Positions 8,534 through 17,010 of a stretch of DNA of 64,000 nucleotides are shown piece by piece. The notes under the pieces are model-generated. The model worked only from the letters and a program-made list of their open reading frames with translations, was not told the DNA's origin and made no database searches. The translations under genes and the position numbers were made by a program. The first letter of the stretch is position 1. Every line of letters starts with the position of its first letter. Source of the stretch: an uncultured Chloroflexia bacterium (lineage in GTDB: Bacteria > Chloroflexota > Dehalococcoidia > DSTF01 > WHTK01); contig CAVQCN010000001.1 of assembly GCA_963711035.1 (NCBI GenBank), forward strand, positions 1,229,206 through 1,293,205, in the 5' to 3' direction.

Positions 8534-9814
8534 CTATTTGACCGTGAAGGTACCGAACATGATGGTCGGGTGGACGTCGCAGCGGAAGAAGTAGGTTCCC
8601 GGTGCCGGCACGTCGAACACCACGTCGTCCAGGCCAGGTCCGGCGAACTGGACGCCGACGCTGCCATCTGCGACCGGCGTCAAGTCGCTCTGACTCTTGT
8701 AGACGGCGATGTTGTGCTTCACACCATCGTCCTTGTTGTCGAGCCGGATGCGGACCTTGCCGCCCGAGTTCACCGTGATGTCCTTCGTGTCGAACTGGAC
8801 GTTCTGGGCGGTGACGTTGACCGTCTGGCCTGTGAACGGCTCCACCGTGGATGGAGTGCCAGCCGGCGCCGGGGCCTGGGCCGTCTGACCGCAGGCCGAC
8901 TGCACGATAGTGGGCGACTCCGGCGGCGCCGGGAAGTTGTACACCATGTCACCGGCGGCGTGCTCGGCTGCCGCCGTGTTGAGCGAGGCCCGCTCCACTT
9001 CGACCGTCGTGCCGTCCTTGTCGATGTTCGTGACCGTCATGCGCTCGTCGCCGATGCGGATGTAGCCCTTGGCGGTGAAGTGCGAGCTGTCCTTGACGTG
9101 GATCGTCGTGTCGTCGGGCGTAATGGCCGCGGTCAACGGCGAAAGCTGATCGACGTGGTCGTCTTGAGCCTTTACAAGATCCCACCGGTTCTGCGTGATC
9201 AGGGTCATGAGCTGGTCGATCTGCTCGAAATTGAGAGGACCGCCGTATTGGTCAGACCAGGTAGGCATGGCCGTGCCGACACGGCCGCAGGTAATCGTGT
9301 TGGTGATGAGCGTTTCGTTCTGGGTAAGCGTGGCGGAGGCGAAGAGCTGAATCGCCGCTCCCGAGAGGTGCGATTCGGCGGTGGTCCGATCGACGGCGCG
9401 CTTCACCGTGAGGGTGTTGTCGCTGACAGCAGTGACGTCCATGCGCTCGTTGTCGATGAGGATTAGGGCGCCGGCCTTGAACTTGGAGCCGTCAGTGACG
9501 TCGACAGTGGTGGCACTCGCAACCATGTCTGACGTGGTCGTCTGCTTGCTGTCGCTGAAGCCCTGCAGGGTGGGACGGTTGAGCGCCGGGGCGGCCGGGA
9601 GACGGCCGCCGGCCGCTCCACCTTGGCCGACGTCGCCGTGACAGAGACGGCAGTTCTGAGCAAAGATGATGGCGCCGCGCTCGGCCTGGGCCTGCTGGAA
9701 GTCCGCCTCGGCGCTGGTCTGGCGATTGGGGAGCCATGCGCCGTAGATGCCGACCGCGATCAGCATGAACATGAGCAGCGTCGCCATGATCAGGACCTGC
9801 TTACGCGTGTTCAT
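8534..9814 (-). CDS. Membrane-anchored monoheme cytochrome c fused to a C-terminal type-1 copper (cupredoxin) domain; putative electron-exit subunit of the bc complex
   Basis: N-terminal TM helix. CRLCH heme-binding motif at aa 55-59. Two ~55-aa internal repeats, aa 104-156 and 238-291. C-terminal HNIAVY...FFRCDVHPTIMF gives a His/Cys/His/Met copper ligand set. Confidence 0.75.
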   Translation of the reverse strand: MNTRKQVLIMATLLMFMLIAVGIYGAWLPNRQTSAEADFQQAQAERGAIIFAQNCRLCHGDVGQGGAAGGRLPAAPALNRPTLQGFSDSKQTTTSDMVASATTVDVTDGSKFKAGALILIDNERMDVTAVSDNTLTVKRAVDRTTAESHLSGAAIQLFASATLTQNETLITNTITCGRVGTAMPTWSDQYGGPLNFEQIDQLMTLITQNRWDLVKAQDDHVDQLSPLTAAITPDDTTIHVKDSSHFTAKGYIRIGDERMTVTNIDKDGTTVEVERASLNTAAAEHAAGDMVYNFPAPPESPTIVQSACGQTAQAPAPAGTPSTVEPFTGQTVNVTAQNVQFDTKDITVNSGGKVRIRLDNKDDGVKHNIAVYKSQSDLTPVADGSVGVQFAGPGLDDVVFDVPAPGTYFFRCDVHPTIMFGTFTVK

Positions 9815-9862
9815 CGGTCAGCACCATCGTTCTCTTGCCGATAACTCATCAGCCGTTCCTGC

Positions 9863-10903
9863 CTAACCTTCTGCTTGTACTGCAAAGCTTGCGTTATCGG
9901 TCGTGCCCTTCGTGATTGCACCGGTGTCGACGCTGATGTTGCCGCCGTTGATGGTGAGCTTCATGTGGTCCATCGAACGCGGGGCCGGTCCGTATACACG
10001 GTGGCCAGCGTCGTCGTATGTCGAGCCGTGGCAGGGGCAGCGGAACCAGCCCTGGCGGTCCTTGCCGTCGAGGCCTTTCCACGTGAACGTCGGGTTCCAC
10101 GGGACGGTGCATCCCAGGTGAGGGCACTTCCACCACAGTGCTAGATAGCCAGCCTTACCCGTTTCGGGGTCGCTGCGCTTGGCCTGCTCTTCAGTCAGGT
10201 TGACCAGCCAGAAGTGGCCGGCAACGATCTGCGTTTTGGTGCCAGGAGGGAACTGGTCCACGCTGCCAGCTTGCACGACGCTACCGAAGCCGGTGACGCC
10301 GCGCGGGTAGAGCATGTCGACCAGGGTGCCGCCGAAGGCGGCCAGACCGGCCAGCAGACCAGTCCAGAACGTGATGCGAAGCAGGCCGCGGCGAGAGATC
10401 TCGCGCCGCTCGACGCGCTCAATAGCAATGGCGGCGCCGGCGGCCGATTGCGCGGCCAGCGTCTGGTTGGAAACAGGCTCAATGAGCTGTCCGCCGGGGC
10501 CGACGATGGCAACGGCCTGCTCTTGCGGCGCCGCTTCCATCTCGCGCTGGATGTTGCTCATCCAGGCGCTACCGGAGCCGATCGCGAGCGGTACGGCGGC
10601 GATGAACGCGCCATACTCCCAGTCGTAGATCAGGCCGGCGGCGATGCCGACGATACCGAGAGCCAGGACGACAGGCCAGTAGCTCGGCCCGGGAGCCTGC
10701 TCCTCTTCCTCGTGTTCCGGTTCCACTGCCGGCGGGGGCCCGGCAACTTCGCGTGCCTCGAGGATCCAGCCGAGCAGGGCGATGATCACGACGCAGGCAC
10801 TGGCGTACGAAAGCGAACTCGTGACGGGCTGAATAATGGTCACAACGATCATCGCCAGAGCGAGACCAAAGATCGCAGGCCACCAACTCAAGCGCTCATT
10901 CAT
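9863..10903 (-). CDS. Rieske [2Fe-2S] subunit with three N-terminal TM helices and an internal twin-arginine motif
   Basis: CPHLGCTV...CPCHGSTY Rieske boxes. EISRRGLLRITFW lies just before TM3. Confidence 0.9.
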   Translation of the reverse strand: MNERLSWWPAIFGLALAMIVVTIIQPVTSSLSYASACVVIIALLGWILEAREVAGPPPAVEPEHEEEEQAPGPSYWPVVLALGIVGIAAGLIYDWEYGAFIAAVPLAIGSGSAWMSNIQREMEAAPQEQAVAIVGPGGQLIEPVSNQTLAAQSAAGAAIAIERVERREISRRGLLRITFWTGLLAGLAAFGGTLVDMLYPRGVTGFGSVVQAGSVDQFPPGTKTQIVAGHFWLVNLTEEQAKRSDPETGKAGYLALWWKCPHLGCTVPWNPTFTWKGLDGKDRQGWFRCPCHGSTYDDAGHRVYGPAPRSMDHMKLTINGGNISVDTGAITKGTTDNASFAVQAEG

Positions 10904-10965
10904 CGCACGCCCTCCTATCTAGAAGTTCTTTCGTAGCCGGCGTCTTCTGCCAGCGTGGTTTCTGC

Positions 10966-12006
10966 TTACCCGTCAATGTGAGGCACATGCCACGGCCAGA
11001 CTAGCTCCTGCCCCTGACCTCGGAAGGCTGAACCGATGATCGTCATCGTCCAGTAGGCGGCGATGAAGCCACTGAAGAGACAGAGCAGTACGTCGCGCCG
11101 TGTGCGTATCCAGCGGATGCGCCACAGGAGGTAAACCAGGAAGGCGGGTAGCGCGGTCATGATGATCGTCGGGATCAGGATCTCGACCAGGAAGGCCGGG
11201 AAGTTCAGGTTGAGGTCGTAGGGCAGAAGGCCCGTGAACCAGCCCGGCAGATTCTGGTACCACTGTGGTGGGTGACCGCCGTGGTGGCCGAGAAAGTGCC
11301 AGGGCCAGGAAGTGCCGTTGAGTGGCAGAGGAATCTGGCTGAAGTCCTGAGGCCAGTTGAGCCGGCCGTCGTGACCGGAGCCCTGGAGCAGTGGCACCAG
11401 ACCTCCCAGGTCGGTGCTCCATTTCCAGTCGGTCTGGATCGAGCGCGTGTTGGGGCTGAGGACCAGATCCCAGACGGCCTGGATGAAGCCGACATGGGGC
11501 AGCCAGCTGGGGCGGTCTGCACCTGTCGGCCAGTTACTGCCGGTGATTTTCTGGTACGCGCTGACATGCTCGCTGAAATCCCAGAGGATGAGGAGCGTGG
11601 TCGTGACGGCCGAAAAAACGGCGGAGAAGATCGAAATTCTGACGGCGTTTGCCGTCCCGAACCAGGTGCCCTGGCCCTCCTTGCTGCGGTCGAAGTACGG
11701 GACGGCTGCCAGGAGGATCAAGAAGACCGTCGGCACGATGACACCGGCGAGGGCCGGGTTCATGTGCAGCAGCAACTCCTGCAGGTTGAGGAAGTACCAC
11801 GGAGCCTTGGACGGGTTCGGCGTGACGTTGCCGTTGGCCCGGTTGATCAACGGCGCGTTCGCGATCGCCGAGATGATCGTGAAGCTGAAGGTGAAGAGGA
11901 CGGCACAGATGAACTCGACAAATACGAGGTCCGGCCAAACGAGGAGTTCCTCTTCTCGTTCGCGGCGGGGTCGTACCTGTGAGGGCGAAGAAGTAACTGC
12001 TGCCAA
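10966..12006 (-). CDS. Cytochrome b C-terminal half / subunit IV (PetD-like) with a long Trp-rich C-terminal extension
   Basis: PWYFLNLQELLLHMNPALAGVIVPTVFLILLAAVPYFD is PetD-like. About 190 extra residues carry additional TM helices. Confidence 0.8.
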   Translation of the reverse strand: MAAVTSSPSQVRPRREREEELLVWPDLVFVEFICAVLFTFSFTIISAIANAPLINRANGNVTPNPSKAPWYFLNLQELLLHMNPALAGVIVPTVFLILLAAVPYFDRSKEGQGTWFGTANAVRISIFSAVFSAVTTTLLILWDFSEHVSAYQKITGSNWPTGADRPSWLPHVGFIQAVWDLVLSPNTRSIQTDWKWSTDLGGLVPLLQGSGHDGRLNWPQDFSQIPLPLNGTSWPWHFLGHHGGHPPQWYQNLPGWFTGLLPYDLNLNFPAFLVEILIPTIIMTALPAFLVYLLWRIRWIRTRRDVLLCLFSGFIAAYWTMTIIGSAFRGQGQELVWPWHVPHIDG

Positions 12007-12029
12007 AGCTCCCCTCTCCTATCGCCTTT

Positions 12030-12800
12030 CTAGAGTGGGCGCGCCATGCCACCGTCGCGGCGGATGCGCCAGAAATGCACAGCCATGAAGACGGCAGCGA
12101 CGAGTGGTAAGGCGATCACATGTAAGGTGTAGAACCGAATCAGGGCATTCGGGCCGACCGAGAAGCCGCCGCGCATGACGAACACGACAGAGTCGCCGAG
12201 CACCGGGGCCGAGCCCACCATGTTCGTGCCGACCGTGATGGCCCACAGAGCCAGTTGGTCCCACGGCAGGAGGTAGCCGGTGAAGCTGAGGAGAAGGGTG
12301 AGGATCAGCAGGATCACACCTACGACCCAGTTGAACTCACGCGGCGGCTTGTAAGCGCCGGTGTAGAAGACACGCATCATGTGGAGCAGGACGGTGAGTA
12401 CCATGCCGTGCGCCATCCAGCGGTGCATGTTGCGGATCAGGGAGCCGTAGCGCACGTTCGTCTCGAGCGCGGCGATATCCGTGTAGGCGTGCTCTGTCGA
12501 GGGCACGTAGTAGAACATCAGCAGCACGCCGGTCACGGTGAGGCCCAGGAAGAGGAAGAAGCTCAACCCTCCCAGGCAGTAGGTATGCGTGATCTTGACG
12601 TGCGTCTTGTGGATGCGCGTGGGGTGGAGGTGAAGGAAGACGTTGGTAGCGACGACCAGCATCTGGTTACGGGGCGTGCTGGGGTAGCCGCTACGGAAGA
12701 TCGACTGCCAGACGTAGTTGTGAAAGATCTTGTCGTAGATGTTGCCGAGGAGCCCTGGACCTTTGGGCCGTTCTGTCCGGGATCGATTGCCTACGGCCAT
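12030..12800 (-). CDS. Cytochrome b6-type subunit (N-terminal cytochrome b domain, split form)
   Basis: Four TM helices with paired heme-ligand His residues (HLHPTRIH, HRWMAHGMVL, TLHVIALP, HFWRIR). About 256 aa, typical of b6. Confidence 0.9.
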   Translation of the reverse strand: MAVGNRSRTERPKGPGLLGNIYDKIFHNYVWQSIFRSGYPSTPRNQMLVVATNVFLHLHPTRIHKTHVKITHTYCLGGLSFFLFLGLTVTGVLLMFYYVPSTEHAYTDIAALETNVRYGSLIRNMHRWMAHGMVLTVLLHMMRVFYTGAYKPPREFNWVVGVILLILTLLLSFTGYLLPWDQLALWAITVGTNMVGSAPVLGDSVVFVMRGGFSVGPNALIRFYTLHVIALPLVAAVFMAVHFWRIRRDGGMARPL

Positions 12801-12815
12801 GCCGGGTGCCCCTCC

Positions 12816-12968
12816 TTAGCGTGACCACCAGTTGCCGAAAGCGACCATGATGGCCAGGCTTATAGCAATGGTGCCAAATACGAGAACCAGTTCAGCAAAG
12901 TCTGCAGAGACCTTGCTGAAAAAGAGTTGATAGGCCTCCCAACCATGGAACATCAGAACAGGATTCAT
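12816..12968 (-). CDS. Small single-TM protein immediately upstream of cytochrome b6; possible accessory subunit
   Basis: MNPVLMFHGWEAYQLFFSKVSADFAELVLVFGTIAISLAIMVAFGNWWSR. A GGAGCGGGGGG RBS-like stretch lies about 12 nt upstream. The gene is tightly coupled to petB-like. Confidence 0.35.
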   Translation of the reverse strand: MNPVLMFHGWEAYQLFFSKVSADFAELVLVFGTIAISLAIMVAFGNWWSR

Positions 12969-13143
12969 GTCCGTGTTCGCCCCCCCGCTCCTCGGTTTCC
13001 GTTGCTCAGGGAATCTTTGTGATGGCCTTAGCAAGCCGCAATCTAGCATCGGCCCCCATTAGAGTCAACCGAGCCTTGGTCGAAATTCGGTGCCCTGAAA
13101 GAGGTTTCGCAGATAGGAATGGGGGCTTGTTCGAGGGCCCGAG

Positions 13144-13869
13144 TCAGCTTGGTTTGCGGGCCTTCGACCAGTCGAAGCGGCGCATGCGGGCGAGGCCCTT
13201 GACGTCGCGCCAGACCGTCGACGTGACGTGCACGCGGCTGTCCGTGTCCTCCAGCCAGCGCACCGGCACGAACTGCACTCGCCAGCCGCCCTTTACGGCG
13301 AGCAACAGCAGCTCTGTGTCCCAGAACCAGCCCGTGTCCTTGACCAGGGGGAGCAGGTGCTGCGCCGCCTGGCGGCTGATCGCCTTGAAGCCGCATTGCG
13401 TGTCCCGCATGCGCGCCTGAAACGCCAGGTTCGTCATCAGCACGAAGCCGCGCGACAGCACCTCTCGCTTCAGCGAGCGCGTCGTCTCGGCTCCGGCGCC
13501 CAGGCGGCTGCCGGCGGCGAGATCGTAGCCGTGGTCGGTGATGGCGCTGATCAGGCGCGGGAAGGCGTCGAGGTCGGTCGAGAGGTCGATGTCCATGTAG
13601 CTGAGCACGTCGGCGTCGCTGTCCAGCCAGGCCAGCGTCAGGGCGCGACCGCGGCCGGCTTCGGGGATGTGCTGCGCCGCGACGTTGGGCAACTCCTTCT
13701 CGAGTGCCTGCGCAATCTCGAAGGTGCGGTCCCGCGAGCCGTTGTCGGCAACGACGATGCGCCACTCGTGCAGTACGTTGTCGGAGAGGTAGGCGTGCAG
13801 CGTGCGCACACTGCGCTCCAGCACGTGCTCCTCGTTGTACACCGGCAGGACAACGTCGACGCGTGCCAT
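13144..13869 (-). CDS. GT2 polyprenol-phosphate glycosyltransferase (Dpm1/Ppm1-like)
   Basis: VDVVLPVYNEE...IVVADNGSRDRT...DIDLSTD motifs. Confidence 0.8.
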   Translation of the reverse strand: MARVDVVLPVYNEEHVLERSVRTLHAYLSDNVLHEWRIVVADNGSRDRTFEIAQALEKELPNVAAQHIPEAGRGRALTLAWLDSDADVLSYMDIDLSTDLDAFPRLISAITDHGYDLAAGSRLGAGAETTRSLKREVLSRGFVLMTNLAFQARMRDTQCGFKAISRQAAQHLLPLVKDTGWFWDTELLLLAVKGGWRVQFVPVRWLEDTDSRVHVTSTVWRDVKGLARMRRFDWSKARKPS

Positions 13870-14147
13870 CGGTTAGCTGCGAGTTGCGAGCCGCGGGCTC
13901 CGAGCCACGAGGGAGGCCCTGGATTGCGTGAGCAGGGATGTAATTCTCATAGTCCTGCTTAGATTAGAAGCTGGGCTTGGCTTGCACCATTCGGGCGCGC
14001 CCTCATTCGGCAACTCGCTGAATCAGCTCCGATAGCATCCGCTTCACTTCGTTCAGACTTCTGATAGATATCAAGTGTGAGCTGGTGCGCCATGTTCCCG
14101 AGAGCTTTCCAAATCGCGCATTAGCCATGCTCGAAGCTCGTAGCTCG

Positions 14148-15693
14148 CTAGTGTCTGAAATGACGCTCGCCCGTAAAGACGACGGCCATGTTGGCCGCGT
14201 CCGCGAGGCCTACGACCTCCTCGTCGCGGACGGAGCCGCCCGGCTCGATGATGGCAGTGACGCCCGCCGCGGCGGCTGCTGCGACGCCGTCGAAGAAGGG
14301 GAAGAAGGCGTCCGAGGCGAGGACGCTGCCGCGCGCCCGCTCGCCGGCGCGCTCGACGGCGAGGCGCACGCTGGTGACGCGGTTGGGCTGGCCGGCGCCC
14401 ATGCCCAGCAGCGTGTTGTCCTTCGCGAGGACGATGGCGTTCGACTTGATGTGCTTGCAGGCGCGCCAGGCGAAGCGTAGATCGGCGAGCTCGTCCTCCG
14501 TCGGCTCGCGTTTGCTGACGACGCGCAGCTGCAGCGATCCGTCGGGCTTGCTGGTCCGGTTCCTGCAGTAGGAAGCCGCCGCTCACGCGGCGCAGATCGT
14601 AAGGCGTAGCGTCGCCGGGCGTCACGGCCAGGATGCGCGCGTCGCGCCAGCGGGTCAGCGCTGCCAGCGCCTCCTCGCTGAAGCCGGGCGCCACGACGAT
14701 GTCGTAGCGCATGCGCTGGCCGCTGCTGGGGCTGATGCTGGCCCGCATCGCCTGCGCCAGCGTGCCGTCGATGGGCCGGTTGCAGGCGACGATGCCGCCG
14801 AAGGCCGAGATCGGGTCGCCGCTCAGGGCGCGGGCGTAGGCGGCGGTGAGGTCATCGTCGCTGGCGAGGCCGCAGGGGTTGGTGTGCTTGATGACGGCGA
14901 CGGTCGGCGCCTCGAAGTCGCTGACCGTGCGCCAGGCTGCATCGGCGTCGAGCACGTTGTTGAACGAGATCGGCGCGCCGTGCAGCTGCTGGGCGTGGAC
15001 GATGCCGCGGTCACCGCTGCCGGGCTCCTCGTAGAGGACGGCGGCCTGGTGCGGGTTCTCGCCGTAGTGCAACGAGGTCAGGCGGCGTAGGCCGACCGTG
15101 AGCTCTGCCGGCCATTCGGCGTCCGTGCCGCGCAGGTATCCCGAGACCATCGTGTCGTAGAGCGCGACGTGCTGGAACGCTTTGGCCGCAAGCGCCTGGC
15201 GCGCATCGGGAGGCAGGCCGCCGTCGCGCAGCGCCGCCAGGGCGGCGTCGTAGTCGGCCGGGTCGCAGAGGACGACGACGTCCGGGAAGTTCTTGGCGGC
15301 GGCGCGCAGCATGGCCGGCCCGCCGATGTCGATGTTCTCGAGCGCGTCGTTCAGCGTGACGTCGGGCCTGGCGATCGTTGCCTCGAAGGGATAGAGGTTG
15401 TTGGCGACGAGGTCGATGTTGGCGAAGCCCTGCTCTTGCATCTCGCGCATGTGCTGCGGGTTGTCGCGGCGGGCGAGCAGGCCGCCGTGGATCGCCGGGT
15501 GCAGCGTCTTGACGCGTCCGTCCAGCATCTCCGGCGAGCCGGTGACGGCGGCGACGCTGGTGACCGGCAGGCCGGCGTCGCGTAGCGCCTTCTCGGTGCC
15601 GCCGGTGGCCAGCAGCTCCCAGCCGAGGTCGACGAGGCCGCGGGCGAACTCGACGAGGCCTGTCTTGTCATAAGGGGCGAGCAGCGCGCGCAT
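14148..15693 (-). pseudogene. purH: purH (bifunctional AICAR transformylase / IMP cyclohydrolase) interrupted by a frameshift near 14530-14560
   Basis: The N-terminal 390 aa are canonical PurH. The 540-aa ORF then runs into Arg-rich nonsense. The PurH C-terminus ([35 protein letters not shown]...[13 protein letters not shown]...[10 protein letters not shown]) resumes in another frame, ORF 14148..14402. Confidence 0.8.
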
Positions 15694-15707
15694 GCAGTCT
15701 CCTTTTG

Positions 15708-16760
15708 TTAGCCCAGCCGGACCTGGGGGTCACTGTCCTGGCGTTTGGTTATCTCACCGATCGCGATCGCGTTGGGAATCAGGCTGCGCAGCTTCGTCGC
15801 CACACCGGGCGAGACGATGACCGCCATGCCTATGCCCATGTTGAAGACGCGGTACATTTCCTCTTCGTCGATGCCGCCGGCTCGCTGGATGAAGGGGAAG
15901 ATGGGCGGCACGTCCCAGCTCGATTTGTCGATGCGGGCGCCCAGACCGTCGGGCAGCACCCGGGGCAGGTTCTCCTCGAAGGCGCCGCCCGTGATGTGGC
16001 AGAGCCCGTTGACCAGCCCCAGAGCCGGCTTCAACTCGTTGCTGTACGGCAGATGTGGTTTGAGCAGCGCGTCCGCCAGCGTCTCGCCGAGGTCCTCTTC
16101 GTGGCGCTCCAGGCGCTTGCGGTCGTCGGCCGCGTTCGCCGTGTCGATGCCGATGCGGAGGGCGGCGCGGGCCAGCGTGTAGCCGTTGGTATGCAGGCCG
16201 CTGGAGGGCAGGCCGAAGATGACGTCGCCGGCAGCGATCTTCGATCCATCGATGATCGCGTCGCGCTCCACGACGCTGACGACGAAGCCGGCGAGGTCGA
16301 ACTCGCCCGGCGGGTAGACGTCCGGCATGTCTGCGGTCTCGCCGCCGATCAGCGCCGCGCCGACAGCGGCGCAGGCGTCGGCCACGCCCTTGACGACGGC
16401 CACCTTGTCCTCCGGGTCCATGACGCCGCAGCTCATGTAGTCGAGGAAGAACAGGGGGTCGGCGCCGCAGCAAAGGGCGTCGTTCACCGACTGATTGACG
16501 ACGTCGTGGCCCAGACCCTCGTAGCGGCCGGCGAGAGCCGCGATCTTCACCTTGGTACCGACGCCGTCGGTGCTGCTGACGAGCACCGGATCGCGGTACT
16601 TTTGGCCGAGCTGGAAGAGCCCTCCGAACGGGCCGACGCCGCTGAGAACCTCCGGGCGCGTCGCGTGGCGCGTCACCTCTTTGTAGCGCTCGACGATACC
16701 GCGGCGCTTCTCGAGGTCGACGCCGACGCCGGCATAGGTCAACGGTTCGTTGTCAGTCAT
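15708..16760 (-). CDS. purM: Phosphoribosylformylglycinamidine cyclo-ligase (AIR synthase)
   Basis: DGVGTKVKIA and ALCCGADPLFFLDY motifs. Full-length PurM similarity. Confidence 0.9.
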   Translation of the reverse strand: MTDNEPLTYAGVGVDLEKRRGIVERYKEVTRHATRPEVLSGVGPFGGLFQLGQKYRDPVLVSSTDGVGTKVKIAALAGRYEGLGHDVVNQSVNDALCCGADPLFFLDYMSCGVMDPEDKVAVVKGVADACAAVGAALIGGETADMPDVYPPGEFDLAGFVVSVVERDAIIDGSKIAAGDVIFGLPSSGLHTNGYTLARAALRIGIDTANAADDRKRLERHEEDLGETLADALLKPHLPYSNELKPALGLVNGLCHITGGAFEENLPRVLPDGLGARIDKSSWDVPPIFPFIQRAGGIDEEEMYRVFNMGIGMAVIVSPGVATKLRSLIPNAIAIGEITKRQDSDPQVRLG

Positions 16761-16842
16761 GAGCGGGCCTGTCGTGGGAGCGATTCTCAGGGCCTCAGAT
16801 TGCCAGCAATGGGGCGATCAGGCAATGCGTGTTCCCCAAGCC

Positions 16843-16978
16843 TGTCATTCCGAGCAGCGTGAGGAATCCGGTGAATCTCACCAAACGGCATGGAGCTTCG
16901 CAATAGATGTCTCCGCGTTACGGATCCGGAGCGAGGCGCTGATATCGGCCGGCGATTCCTCCTGCGGCCGGGATGACA
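16843..16978. repeat. MITE-like element with ~26-bp terminal inverted repeats (TGTCATTCCGAGCAGCGTGAGGAATC ... GATTCCTCCTGCGGCCGGGATGACA)
   Basis: Inverted repeats flank about 85 bp in the purF-purM spacer. The IR sequence is related to the repeats at 50040-50178 and 55873-55898. Confidence 0.45.
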
Positions 16979-17010
16979 TACGAGGCGCTTCCGGAGGTGC
17001 GCAGAAAGGG

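Noticed and set aside
14071-15693. The 540-aa ORF read as an intact purH with a novel Arg-rich C-terminal domain.
   Set aside because: The genuine PurH C-terminus is present in another frame (14148..14402). The tail is a frameshift product.
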